The position numbers and the translations under genes were made by a program. Of a DNA stretch of 64,000 bases, positions 1-8,109 are shown one piece after another. The stretch's first letter is position 1. Each line of letters opens with the position of its first letter. Under the pieces are notes generated by a model. It was not told the DNA's origin, did no database searches, and saw only the letters and a list, made by a program, of their open reading frames with translations. The stretch covers positions 416,001 to 480,000 of the forward strand of contig JBFWVL010000001.1 of assembly GCA_050246755.1 (NCBI GenBank), in the 5' to 3' direction. The DNA comes from Bacteriovoracia bacterium. GTDB lineage: Bacteria; Bdellovibrionota; UBA1018; CAIPTA01.

Positions 1-192
1 AAAAAGCCAGAGGATAATCTCCATCCACCACGACCGATAGACCATTTGCCCGGCCACGGCGGCGCTATAGCGAGATTCGTAGATCGTGCCGGCGGCGAGG
101 GCTCCGGCCATGACGAGAATAAGAAAAACGGCCAGCTCGAGCGAAGCTAGGAATTCAAAAAATTTATTAAGTACGCGTAGTACCGGGCTCAT
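1..192 (-). CDS. Cytochrome c biogenesis protein ResB/Ccs1-like, N-terminal part (runs off the left edge)
   Basis: Not in the ORF track. Manual translation from ATG at 192: MSPVLRVLNKFFEFLASLELAVFLILVMAGALAAGTIYESRYSAAVAGQMVYRSWWMEIILWL; the 'FLASLxLAV...GT..E...VY.SWW' pattern is typical of ResB N-termini. Confidence 0.7.
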   Translation of the reverse strand, partial: MSPVLRVLNKFFEFLASLELAVFLILVMAGALAAGTIYESRYSAAVAGQMVYRSWWMEIILWLF

Positions 193-263
193 TTAGGACG
201 GATGCTACCACAGAGAATTCTCTGGGCCAGGCCGAAATATCGCTTTCTTCCGCGCAGGAAAAA

Positions 264-653
264 CTATTTTTTAGGAGCGGCAATGGGCGCTGCGCCAGGC
301 GAGATGGCCTTATCGGCCGCTTCGGTGGCCGTGGCGGTAGCGGGCGTGGGCGCCGCAGAGCCAGGAGCCACCTGCGGTGCACCAGTGGAAGCGGCACCTT
401 GGTCGAAAATAGAAGTCCGGAGGGATTTCGAGCGAATCACGGTGAGTCCGAGAGAAGTAAGCATGAACGCGGCGGCCAAGCACATCGTGAGCTTGGTGAA
501 AAAATTGCTGCCGCCGGAAGATCCGAAAAGAGTATTTGCGCCGCCACCGCCGAAACCGGCGCCGAGCCCGCCGCCTTTACCTTGTTGCAAGAGAACCACC
601 ACTACGAGCACGAGGGCGATCACGATGTGAGCAACGAGGATGAAAGTGAACAT
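264..653 (-). CDS. secG: Preprotein translocase subunit SecG
   Basis: VLLQQGKGGGLGAGFGGG motif, two TM helices, downstream of tpiA; SD AGGAG at 663-659. Confidence 0.95.
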   Translation of the reverse strand: MFTFILVAHIVIALVLVVVVLLQQGKGGGLGAGFGGGGANTLFGSSGGSNFFTKLTMCLAAAFMLTSLGLTVIRSKSLRTSIFDQGAASTGAPQVAPGSAAPTPATATATEAADKAISPGAAPIAAPKK

Positions 654-668
654 GGGAACTCCTGAGGT

Positions 669-699
669 CGGTTAGCAGTTGGCGGTTATCGGTTGGCAG
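669..699. repeat. Heptamer repeat block (CGGTTAG CAGTTGG CGGTTAT CGGTTGG CAG); inverted partner of 3742-3772
   Basis: 681-699 is the exact reverse complement of 3742-3760; 27/31 match over the full block. Confidence 0.9.
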
Positions 700-750
700 C
701 GTAATGGTGGGTTCCACCATGCCATTCTGCCTTTACGCCGTTTAGAATTA

Positions 751-1515
751 TCACTCTTTACCGGCAGCGGCAATTGCCAAAAAAGAAGCGGGGTCCAGGC
801 TCGCGCCCCCTACCAGCACTCCGTCCACGTCTGGCTGCCCCATTAGCTCTGCGCTATTTTCGGGCTTCACGCTTCCCCCGTAGAGAAGATGACAACGCTT
901 TGCGAAATCCTGTCCCCAGGCCGCAGCGATCTCTTTGCGCAAAAAGGCATGTACTTCCTGCGCCTGAGCGCTCGTTGCGGTGCGGCCAGTGCCGATCGCC
1001 CATACCGGTTCATAGGCAAAAGAAAATCCTTCGGGGCCTTTGGGCGCGAGCGCAAAAAGAGCCTGACACTGGGTGCGAATCACTTCAAAAGTTTTGTTCG
1101 CGTCCCGGTCGGCGAGCTGCTCGCCCACGCAGAAAACCGCTTTCATACCGAAGCGGTGGGCGGCCAAGGCACGTTTCGCCGCGCTTTCATCGGTTTCACC
1201 GAAAAATTGCCGGCGCTCCGAGTGGCCGGCCAACGCGTAACCGCTATCGAAAGAGCGCGCCAGCGCAGGGGCCAGCTCTCCGGTAAACGCCCCCTTTTCT
1301 TCCCAGTGAATATTCTGCGGGCCCCAGCTCAGCCAATGCCCGCCGCCGAGGGCTTTCCACTCGGCTTGGACCAGCGGCAGAAATGGCGCCTGCACGAAAA
1401 TCACCAACTCCGAGCTGGCAAACGAAACGGCGTTGGCGTGCACCGCGCTCAAAAAAGCCTTCACCTCTTCGGCGTTCTTGAACATCTTCCAGTTACCGGC
1501 GATTAATTTTTTCAC
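751..1515 (-). CDS. tpiA: Triosephosphate isomerase
   Basis: AGNWKM, GHSERR, AYEPVWAIGTG, LYGGSVK, LVGGASL. Confidence 0.98.
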   Translation of the reverse strand: MKKLIAGNWKMFKNAEEVKAFLSAVHANAVSFASSELVIFVQAPFLPLVQAEWKALGGGHWLSWGPQNIHWEEKGAFTGELAPALARSFDSGYALAGHSERRQFFGETDESAAKRALAAHRFGMKAVFCVGEQLADRDANKTFEVIRTQCQALFALAPKGPEGFSFAYEPVWAIGTGRTATSAQAQEVHAFLRKEIAAAWGQDFAKRCHLLYGGSVKPENSAELMGQPDVDGVLVGGASLDPASFLAIAAAGKE

Positions 1516-2721
1516 TTATTTCTTTCGCAAAATTTCGATGCCCGGAAGCCCGCGGCCCTCGAGGTATTTCAGGCTCGCGCCCCCGCCCGTGCTGAGCAAA
1601 TCGAAACGGCTTTCGAGCCCAAAACCTGCCACGGCCGAAAGCGTATCGCCACCGCCCGCTACTTTTACCGCGCCAGCCTCGGTGATGGCGCGCGCGATCG
1701 CCAGCGTGCCGCCGCTGAAATCAGGCTTTTCAAAAAAGCCCATCGGGCCGTTCCAGAAAATTGTTTTGGCTCCGGCAATCACTTGGGAGAATTTTTCCAC
1801 CGTGTTCGGGCCGATATCGAGGGCCGCGGCCTCGCCAGGAATAACGTCCACGATCGTGGGCGAGGAGAAGTCGGGATCCTTCGAGGGAAATACGATCTTA
1901 TGGTCGATGGGCAGAAAGATTTCCACTTTATGGGCGGCGGCTTTGTCGAGGATGGCCTTGGCGGCGGCGATCCCTTCCACCTCGCACTTGGATTTTCCGA
2001 TCGGGAGATTTTTGGCGGCGAGGAAGGCATAGGCCATCGCGCCGCCGATCACCACTTGGTCCACGAAATTAAGGAGGTGATCGATCGCTTTCAGCTTGTC
2101 GGTCACTTTCGAGCCGCCCGCCACCAAAACGTAGGGATGGGCGGGGCCTTCGATGAGGCGATTGAGAAATTTCAATTCTTTATCGATCAAAAATCCGGCG
2201 GCGGCCTCGGTCATTACGGCGGGCAGGCCGTAAGTGGAAGCGTGTTTGCGATGAGCGGTACCGAACGCGTCGGTTACGTATACGTCGGCGAGCTTGGACA
2301 GCTCCCGGGCGAAGTTTGCGTCGTTCGCTTCCTCTTCGGGATAGAAACGAATATTTTCCAGCAGAATCACCTGGTGCTCTTTCGAGTGGTGAATCATCTG
2401 GTAGACGCCTTCGCCTACGCATTCTTCGGAGAGCAAAACATCTTTATCTAGAAGCTCGGCGAGCCTCTTGGCCACCGGCTCGAGAGAATACTTGGCCGAG
2501 CGCTTCCCGTCGGGGCGGCCGAGGTGAGAGCACACCACTACCTTCGCTCCCTGTTCAAGACAATACTGGATCGTGGGCAAAGCCTCGCGAATGCGGGTAT
2601 CGTCGTCGATTACCTTATTTTCGCCCTCTCCCGAAATCGGCACGTTGAGGTCGAGGCGCAGGAAAACCTTACGCCCCGAAAGTTTCATTTGGGTAACGTT
2701 CCGGATGGAACCGACGCTCAT
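1516..2721 (-). CDS. pgk: Phosphoglycerate kinase
   Basis: RLDLNVP, SHLGRP, LLENIRF, DAFGTAHR, WNGPMG, STGGGASL. Confidence 0.98.
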   Translation of the reverse strand: MSVGSIRNVTQMKLSGRKVFLRLDLNVPISGEGENKVIDDDTRIREALPTIQYCLEQGAKVVVCSHLGRPDGKRSAKYSLEPVAKRLAELLDKDVLLSEECVGEGVYQMIHHSKEHQVILLENIRFYPEEEANDANFARELSKLADVYVTDAFGTAHRKHASTYGLPAVMTEAAAGFLIDKELKFLNRLIEGPAHPYVLVAGGSKVTDKLKAIDHLLNFVDQVVIGGAMAYAFLAAKNLPIGKSKCEVEGIAAAKAILDKAAAHKVEIFLPIDHKIVFPSKDPDFSSPTIVDVIPGEAAALDIGPNTVEKFSQVIAGAKTIFWNGPMGFFEKPDFSGGTLAIARAITEAGAVKVAGGGDTLSAVAGFGLESRFDLLSTGGGASLKYLEGRGLPGIEILRKK

Positions 2722-3710
2722 AGTCCTTTTCCCACTAGAACGGCGAGATCCAGGAGGCGGGCGGAATAGCCGCTCTCGTTATCGTACCAGGTCATTACCT
2801 TCACCATGTTTCCGTTTGCCATCGTGAGCTCGGAATCAAAAATGGAGGAGTGAGTGTCGCCGTTGAAATCGGTGGAAACCAGCGGTTCGGCGCTATAGCG
2901 GAAAATTTTCTTCATCGCGCCATCAGCCGCGGCCTTCATCACCTTGTTCACTTCTTCTTTGCTGGCGGGCTTCGCCAATTCCACCGTGAGATCCACGAGG
3001 GAAACGTTCGGCGTGGGCACGCGAATGGCCAGGCCATCGAGCTTTCCTTTGAGCGTGGGCAGCACGAGGCCGATCGCCTTGGCGGCGCCAGTGGAGGTGG
3101 GAATCATATTGATCGCGGCGGCACGGGCGCGGCGGGGGTCTTTGTGGGGAAGGTCCAGCACGTTTTGATCGTTCGTGTAAGAGTGGATGGTGGTCATCAC
3201 GCCCTTCACGATGCCGTAGGAATCGTTGAGTACTTTGGCCACGGGTGCGAGTGCGTTCGTGGTGCAGCTCGCATTCGAAATCACGTGGTGCTTGCTGCCG
3301 TCGTAGGCTTCTTCGTTGATACCGATGCAAATGTTCGCATCCGCGTCTTTGGAGGGAGCCGAGATAATAACTTTTTTGGCTCCGGCGGTCAGGTGAGCCG
3401 CCGCTTTTTCGCGGTCGGTGAAGGCCCCGGTGCACTCCAGCACTACGTCGATTCCCCATTCCTTCCAGGGAAGCTTGGCGGGATCACGCTCCTCGGCAAT
3501 ATGGATCTTTTTGCCCCGGATGAACATTTCGTGACCTTTTACTTCCACGGTTTCTTTCCAGGGGCCGTGCACGGAATCGTAGCGGAGGAGATGCGCATCG
3601 GTTTCGACGGGAGAAAGTGAATTGATCGCAACCACGTCCAAGCCACGTTCGATCGCCAAACGCATTGCTTTTCTGCCGATCCTGCCAAAACCATTAATCG
3701 CAATTCTCAT
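2718..3710 (-). CDS. gap: Glyceraldehyde-3-phosphate dehydrogenase, type I
   Basis: INGFGRIGR, SNASCTTN, WYDNE. Confidence 0.98.
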   Translation of the reverse strand: MRIAINGFGRIGRKAMRLAIERGLDVVAINSLSPVETDAHLLRYDSVHGPWKETVEVKGHEMFIRGKKIHIAEERDPAKLPWKEWGIDVVLECTGAFTDREKAAAHLTAGAKKVIISAPSKDADANICIGINEEAYDGSKHHVISNASCTTNALAPVAKVLNDSYGIVKGVMTTIHSYTNDQNVLDLPHKDPRRARAAAINMIPTSTGAAKAIGLVLPTLKGKLDGLAIRVPTPNVSLVDLTVELAKPASKEEVNKVMKAAADGAMKKIFRYSAEPLVSTDFNGDTHSSIFDSELTMANGNMVKVMTWYDNESGYSARLLDLAVLVGKGL

Positions 3711-3741
3711 AATCTCTCCCTATTTCGAATCCATCTCTTTA

Positions 3742-3772
3742 CTGCCAACCGATAACCGCCCACAGCCAACAG
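3742..3772. repeat. Heptamer repeat block in the gap leader (minus strand CTGTTGG CTGTGGG CGGTTAT CGGTTGG CAG); inverted partner of 669-699
   Basis: Read directly from the sequence; about 30-60 nt upstream of the gap ATG. Confidence 0.9.
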
Positions 3773-3902
3773 TTCCTCTATATAATAGCCCCTTATTTCT
3801 TACATGCGGTAAACTACCCGTCAATCCGAATACGGCGCGTCAATGTGCGCTTCCACCGCGGAATCATAGCGGAAGCACCGTCCTATCGGGTAGAGTCTGC
3901 CC

Positions 3903-4913
3903 ATGAGCACCGTCTACTCTCCCTTCATCAACGAACTAAAAGAAAAAACAGAATTCGAAGGCGCATTCCTGGTCAAGATCCTCCAGCTGCACCTGGATAA
4001 AAACGGCCGCCCCTACGCCAACATTATATTGATGGATAAGACCGGGGAAATCGAAGCCCGAGTTTGGGAAAATGCCGATAAGCTAGCGGAGACGTTGCGG
4101 GCCCAAGACGTGGTGCGGATTGCCGGGCGCGTGAACGTCTACCAGGGCCGCCGCCAGGTGGTGGTGGAAGCCGCTGCCAAAGTTCCCGACGGCTCGGTGC
4201 CGATGGACCGTTTCCTTCCCTCGTCGGCCTACGATCTCAATCGTTTATTTGCCGATATGACCACATTATTCGGCTCGCTCGAAGACGAATTTCTGCGCAA
4301 GCTCGCCCTCAATACTCTCGCGGATCCCGACGTAAAGCGCCGGATGATGCGCGCGCCTGCGGCCAAGTCCGTACATCACGCCTACGTGGGCGGCCTGCTC
4401 GAGCATTCGCTCAGCGTTTGCCGCGTACTGGATCTGTTGGCCGGCCATTACCGCAACTACTACGGAAAAGCCGTGAGCCGCGATCTTATGCTGATCGGCG
4501 GGCTCTTCCACGATATCGGAAAAATCTATGAGCTCTCGTTCGAACGAGCCACGGAATATACTAAGGAAGGCCAGCTCGTGGGCCACCACGTGCTCGGGTG
4601 CGAGCTCGTGGATCGCATCACCGCGCAGATCCCGGACTTCCCGCGGGATCTGAAAATCGAAGTGAAGCACCTCATCCTGGCGCACCACGGTAAATTGGAA
4701 TACGGCAGCCCGAAGGTGCCCCATACAATCGAAGCCCTTTTGGTCCACTACATCGACGACCTGGATTCGAAAGTGAATACAATCATGGAATTCGTGGCCG
4801 ACGATACGGGCACGGGGGAATGGACCGGGGTAAATCGCCTGTTTGAGCGCCCGTTCCTGAAATCAAAAGTGAAGCCGGAATTTCGCGGCCCAAGCCCCGG
4901 CCTGGAATCCTAA
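3903..4913 (+). CDS. yhaM: 3'-5' exoribonuclease YhaM/Cbf1 family (OB-fold + HD domain)
   Basis: DKTGEIEARVW, APAAKSVHHAYVGGLLEHS, HDIGK, HLILAHHG, DDLDSK. Confidence 0.88.
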   Translation: MSTVYSPFINELKEKTEFEGAFLVKILQLHLDKNGRPYANIILMDKTGEIEARVWENADKLAETLRAQDVVRIAGRVNVYQGRRQVVVEAAAKVPDGSVPMDRFLPSSAYDLNRLFADMTTLFGSLEDEFLRKLALNTLADPDVKRRMMRAPAAKSVHHAYVGGLLEHSLSVCRVLDLLAGHYRNYYGKAVSRDLMLIGGLFHDIGKIYELSFERATEYTKEGQLVGHHVLGCELVDRITAQIPDFPRDLKIEVKHLILAHHGKLEYGSPKVPHTIEALLVHYIDDLDSKVNTIMEFVADDTGTGEWTGVNRLFERPFLKSKVKPEFRGPSPGLES

Positions 4914-5482
4914 TTCAAGCGATCCGGATCATGACCGCCGTCTTCATCGTCGTCTTCGTTCAGTAATTTTTCGAGCATTTCATCCACGTCGTCTTCGTCT
5001 TCTTCGAAACCGGCCTTCTTGAGAAAATCGTCCGCCGCCCGCTCGAGGGCGTAATTGTCTTTATTGATTTTCACGAAGAGGGCGTGCCCCTCCCACTCCA
5101 GTTCCTGCCAAGCGGGATCCAAATCGGTGATCTCTTCAATCACGCCTTCGAGGCCTTTTCCCGACTCCAGGCTCTGGGCAAACCAGCTGGCCGCCACGTC
5201 CACCATCAGCTTCAGGCGTTCCGTAACTTTTTCGGGCTTCTCGGCAGTGTCGGAAGAGAGCTCGGAGGAGATATGCATGCTGGCCGACTGCAAAGATTTG
5301 GGATGCCCCATCGATACGCAGAATATGGCCTCATCGCCGTATAAATCGCCATAAACGAGAAAAGTGGCGCCCTTAAGCTTGGTCTTGAATTGTTTTTTGA
5401 AGAGATCGCTGACCGTTTTTAGGAAATCTTTGGGTAGCGAAGTGGGATTTTTTTTCTGACGTTTACGTGTTGGAAGTCTCAT
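4910..5482 (-). CDS. Hypothetical protein with basic N-terminus and acidic C-terminus
   Basis: 190-aa ORF with coding-like composition, convergent with yhaM. Confidence 0.75.
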   Translation of the reverse strand: MRLPTRKRQKKNPTSLPKDFLKTVSDLFKKQFKTKLKGATFLVYGDLYGDEAIFCVSMGHPKSLQSASMHISSELSSDTAEKPEKVTERLKLMVDVAASWFAQSLESGKGLEGVIEEITDLDPAWQELEWEGHALFVKINKDNYALERAADDFLKKAGFEEDEDDVDEMLEKLLNEDDDEDGGHDPDRLN

Positions 5483-5521
5483 GCTCCGGTATTACCCCAC
5501 ACAATATGTTATAGTCAAAAT

Positions 5522-5893
5522 ATGAGCTACGACGAAAGCCGCCGCTTTGAACGCACCGAATTCCGCCTCCTCCCCTGGGTATTTACCCTTACATTAGACG
5601 CCCCATTCGCGGGTGACCGCCCTTTACGGGTGGAAGCGCGTAATATCGGGATTGGCGGGATGAAATTTGTGAGCAACCAGCGAATCCCGATTTTTTCCGC
5701 CGTAGAAGTATCTTTTTTCGAAAACCAAACCGGCAAAGAACTCGCGAAGGTGACGGGGAAGGTAATTCGCGTGGAAGAGGTGGATACCGGCCTGGGCGAA
5801 AAAACTTTCGGAATGGCTCTCGAGTTTGCCGAATCCAGCCCGCTACGTTCGCTGCTCGCCGGAGTTCCAACCACTCATTCCAGCCAAGAATAG
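5522..5893 (+). CDS. PilZ-domain protein (candidate c-di-GMP receptor)
   Basis: RRFER (RxxxR), NIGIGGM (D/NxSxxG variant), GKVIRV...GMALEF. Confidence 0.8.
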   Translation: MSYDESRRFERTEFRLLPWVFTLTLDAPFAGDRPLRVEARNIGIGGMKFVSNQRIPIFSAVEVSFFENQTGKELAKVTGKVIRVEEVDTGLGEKTFGMALEFAESSPLRSLLAGVPTTHSSQE

Positions 5894-7317
5894 TGCCTTG
5901 CCTCCAGTAGATCCTGCTCCGACACATCGCTCCCGCCGCGCAGATCGCTGAGCGTCAGCGAGATCCGGGCCAATGCAGCCCGGCCCGGAGCCTTGTGAGC
6001 TGCCCCTAAGTTCAGCGAGCGTAAGCGCAATAGCGCCTTGGGTTCCCAGTTTTTTGCGTGCAAGGCATCTTCCGCCGAAAGCCTTCCGTTCAATATTCCT
6101 TTTCGCCCGCGCATAAGTGCACGGGCCTGCAATACTCTTTCCGCTAGCGCCGACAAATCAATTTCTTGCTTCTCCCCGGTTTGGGCGAGGCAGTAACGAA
6201 GGTCGAATGGACCCGCCGCCGCCCGTTCCAGGCGCCGCCGGTATTTCTGCAAATCGAGCGGACGGCAACTGCATTTGCCGAAATTTCGTTCTCCGCACTC
6301 GCAGGTGGCCGCGCCGGCAATCACGGTGGCCTCCAGGCTTTCCGTGAATCGGTGCCCTAGACGGCTCCATTCCACTTTCCCGCTTTCCATCCAGCTGAGT
6401 ACTGGCGCAGTCGCCTTCGCCGGCCGTTCGGCAATGCGATCTAAATAAATCACGCCATTCCTGGCAAACAACAGCTCTTCCACCGGATGAACCGCATGAC
6501 TGTGGCTTTCAGTTTTGCTTTCGAACGGAATTTGAATGCAAGCGGGCTCCCCAATGGACATATTTCCGCGTAAACGCGCGAAAAACTCTGATTCCAGGCG
6601 CTCGGCGCGCCCGAGTAAGGGCTGCGCCCGCGCGAGCGCCGAGGCCAAACTCTCCACTTCGGCGGAATCGGGCGCCAAAAGAAGCGCATGATGGCCGCCA
6701 GCGGCCGCAATTTCTAGTAATCGCGCGCCACTTTGGGTTCCGCGCCAAAATTTCGGCGCTTTTTTGCCCGCGGGGTCCGAAAAAATCCGGCAATTTCCTT
6801 TTTTTTCGCCGGTTAGGAACGCAATTACCTCCGCGAGCGTGCGAAAACCACCTCCATGCACCAAATTTGGCTCCGACAACCACGCACTTTCTTCAAATGG
6901 CACGATTGCACCCCGGAATTTTTTGCTGCTAAAGATTTTTTGGGCCGCAAACTCTGAACCGACCGCTTGGATATGCCCATTAAGCCCGAGAGAGCCGCAC
7001 ACGAGCACTTCTTCGAGCCGATTCGAAGGAATTTTCCCGCTCGCCGCGAGAATCGCCAGCGCCATCGCCAAATCGAGATTCTCGAGGGAAAATCCGTGAA
7101 TCCCGGGCTGAAAGCGCACCGTAATTCTCCTCGCGGGGAGACGGCAACCCGCCGATTCGAGCGCCGCGAGCACTCGCTCGCGCATTTCGGCGGCGGAACC
7201 TGCGTTGGAGCCAAGAATTTGCAAATACGGGAGCCTTCGCGACTGCATGCACTCCACTTCAACGGGAATTCCCTGCAATCCGAGCATACCTACACCTTGA
7301 ACGCGAAAATAATTCAT
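5875..7317 (-). CDS. ComM/YifB (Mg-chelatase-related) homolog with degenerate ATPase motifs
   Basis: Lon-like N-domain (GLQGIPVEVE, EMRERV, PARRITV, DLAMALAIL, GSLGLNG), LEIAAAGGHH, CECG...CSC, ARISLTLSDL; Walker A and B altered. Confidence 0.8.
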   Translation of the reverse strand: MNYFRVQGVGMLGLQGIPVEVECMQSRRLPYLQILGSNAGSAAEMRERVLAALESAGCRLPARRITVRFQPGIHGFSLENLDLAMALAILAASGKIPSNRLEEVLVCGSLGLNGHIQAVGSEFAAQKIFSSKKFRGAIVPFEESAWLSEPNLVHGGGFRTLAEVIAFLTGEKKGNCRIFSDPAGKKAPKFWRGTQSGARLLEIAAAGGHHALLLAPDSAEVESLASALARAQPLLGRAERLESEFFARLRGNMSIGEPACIQIPFESKTESHSHAVHPVEELLFARNGVIYLDRIAERPAKATAPVLSWMESGKVEWSRLGHRFTESLEATVIAGAATCECGERNFGKCSCRPLDLQKYRRRLERAAAGPFDLRYCLAQTGEKQEIDLSALAERVLQARALMRGRKGILNGRLSAEDALHAKNWEPKALLRLRSLNLGAAHKAPGRAALARISLTLSDLRGGSDVSEQDLLEARHYSWLE

Positions 7318-7436
7318 GCGCGAGCACTCTCACGAGTGATTCCAGGGAAAATTTCCGCACTTATTGAGTGAAAAAAGATTTTTCCGCGCGAAGTTCGGCT
7401 TTCGCACGCGAGGTGGTCCGAACCTCGAACAAATTA

Positions 7437-7472
7437 TTTTTGTGCAAATGATTTTTTTTATTTGCACAAAAA
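7437..7472. repeat. 13-bp perfect inverted repeat TTTTTGTGCAAAT-N10-ATTTGCACAAAAA overlapping a -35 box
   Basis: Arms at 7437-7449 and 7460-7472. Confidence 0.8.
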
Positions 7473-7490
7473 AGTGAAATGCTTATACTT
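7462..7490 (+). promoter_or_regulatory. Sigma-70-type promoter TTGCAC-N17-TATACT for the Lys-rich small ORF
   Basis: -35 at 7462-7467, -10 at 7485-7490, 17-nt spacer, AT-rich upstream. Confidence 0.7.
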
Positions 7491-7597
7491 TTACTTGAAC
7501 GGTTGAATTGAGTTCTAGAACAGAGCTCAAAGCAGTAGTTAAAGTTGTTACAGTGGAAGCGGATCGCTGCAACCGATTCATAAGAAGGAGACCTCAG

Positions 7598-7675
7598 ATG
7601 GCTGCTAAGAAAAAAGCTACGAAGAAAAAAGCTACCAAGAAAAAAGCTACCAAGAAAAAAGCCAAAAAGAAGTAG
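7598..7675 (+). CDS. 25-aa lysine-rich peptide MAAKKKATKKKATKKKATKKKAKKK (histone H1-tail-like)
   Basis: Below the ORF-track size range; SD AAGGAG at 7585-7590, 7 nt before ATG; 15-nt tandem repeat; own promoter and terminator. Confidence 0.8.
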   Translation: MAAKKKATKKKATKKKATKKKAKKK

Positions 7676-7692
7676 TTCTAGGCTTATTCTAA

Positions 7693-7751
7693 AGGGCCCG
7701 AAAACCAGCTACCAGCGATGTTACAGTAGGGGTTTTTGGGCCTTCGTTTTT
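7693..7751 (+). terminator. Putative intrinsic terminator after the Lys-rich peptide gene
   Basis: 7693-7706 pairs with 7731-7744 (14 bp including 2 G-U), plus CTAC/GTAG; T-run at 7747-7751; overlaps the 3' end of the convergent gene. Confidence 0.55.
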
Positions 7752-8098
7752 AAGAGACACACTGATGTGTCTCTTTTTTTTTGGCATCCCCAGGCCTTTA
7801 CAGCCTTCCACTCCGATTCTTTTCCGTACTTTTCGCAAACTTTCCCGCAACCCAAGAACAATTTTAGTGCTTCCTCTTCCCTCGCCTGAAGACGTGCCAA
7901 AGAAATGGCGGCCAGCCTAGCCCTCGCCCATTCGATTTTCTCCGCGTCGGAACCCAGCTGCTCGGGGTCTGCCGCGATAATTCCGGCGGTGATTTTTTGT
8001 GCTTCCCACGCATTGGCGTTGAGATAAGTGGCTTCGCCGGCGGCTAAACTAGCCGGCGAAAGCACGAACAAAAGAAGAAATGAGCCCAAAATCGGCAT
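7721..8098 (-). CDS. Hypothetical exported protein
   Basis: Signal peptide (..SPASLA), four Cys; follows sppA. Confidence 0.65.
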   Translation of the reverse strand: MPILGSFLLLFVLSPASLAAGEATYLNANAWEAQKITAGIIAADPEQLGSDAEKIEWARARLAAISLARLQAREEEALKLFLGCGKVCEKYGKESEWKAVKAWGCQKKRDTSVCLLKTKAQKPLL

Positions 8099-8109
8099 TG
8101 GTGCTCACT

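Noticed and set aside
193-263. tRNA-Leu often found after secG
   Set aside because: No cloverleaf, T-loop GTTCRA or CCA signature seen
669-3772. IS or composite transposon interpretation of the inverted repeats
   Set aside because: They enclose only housekeeping glycolytic genes; no transposase and no target-site duplication seen
7607-7661. Programmed -1 frameshift at AAAAAAG runs in the peptide ORF
   Set aside because: The runs are phased AAA-AAA-G, not A-AAA-AAG, and no meaningful extended product is evident
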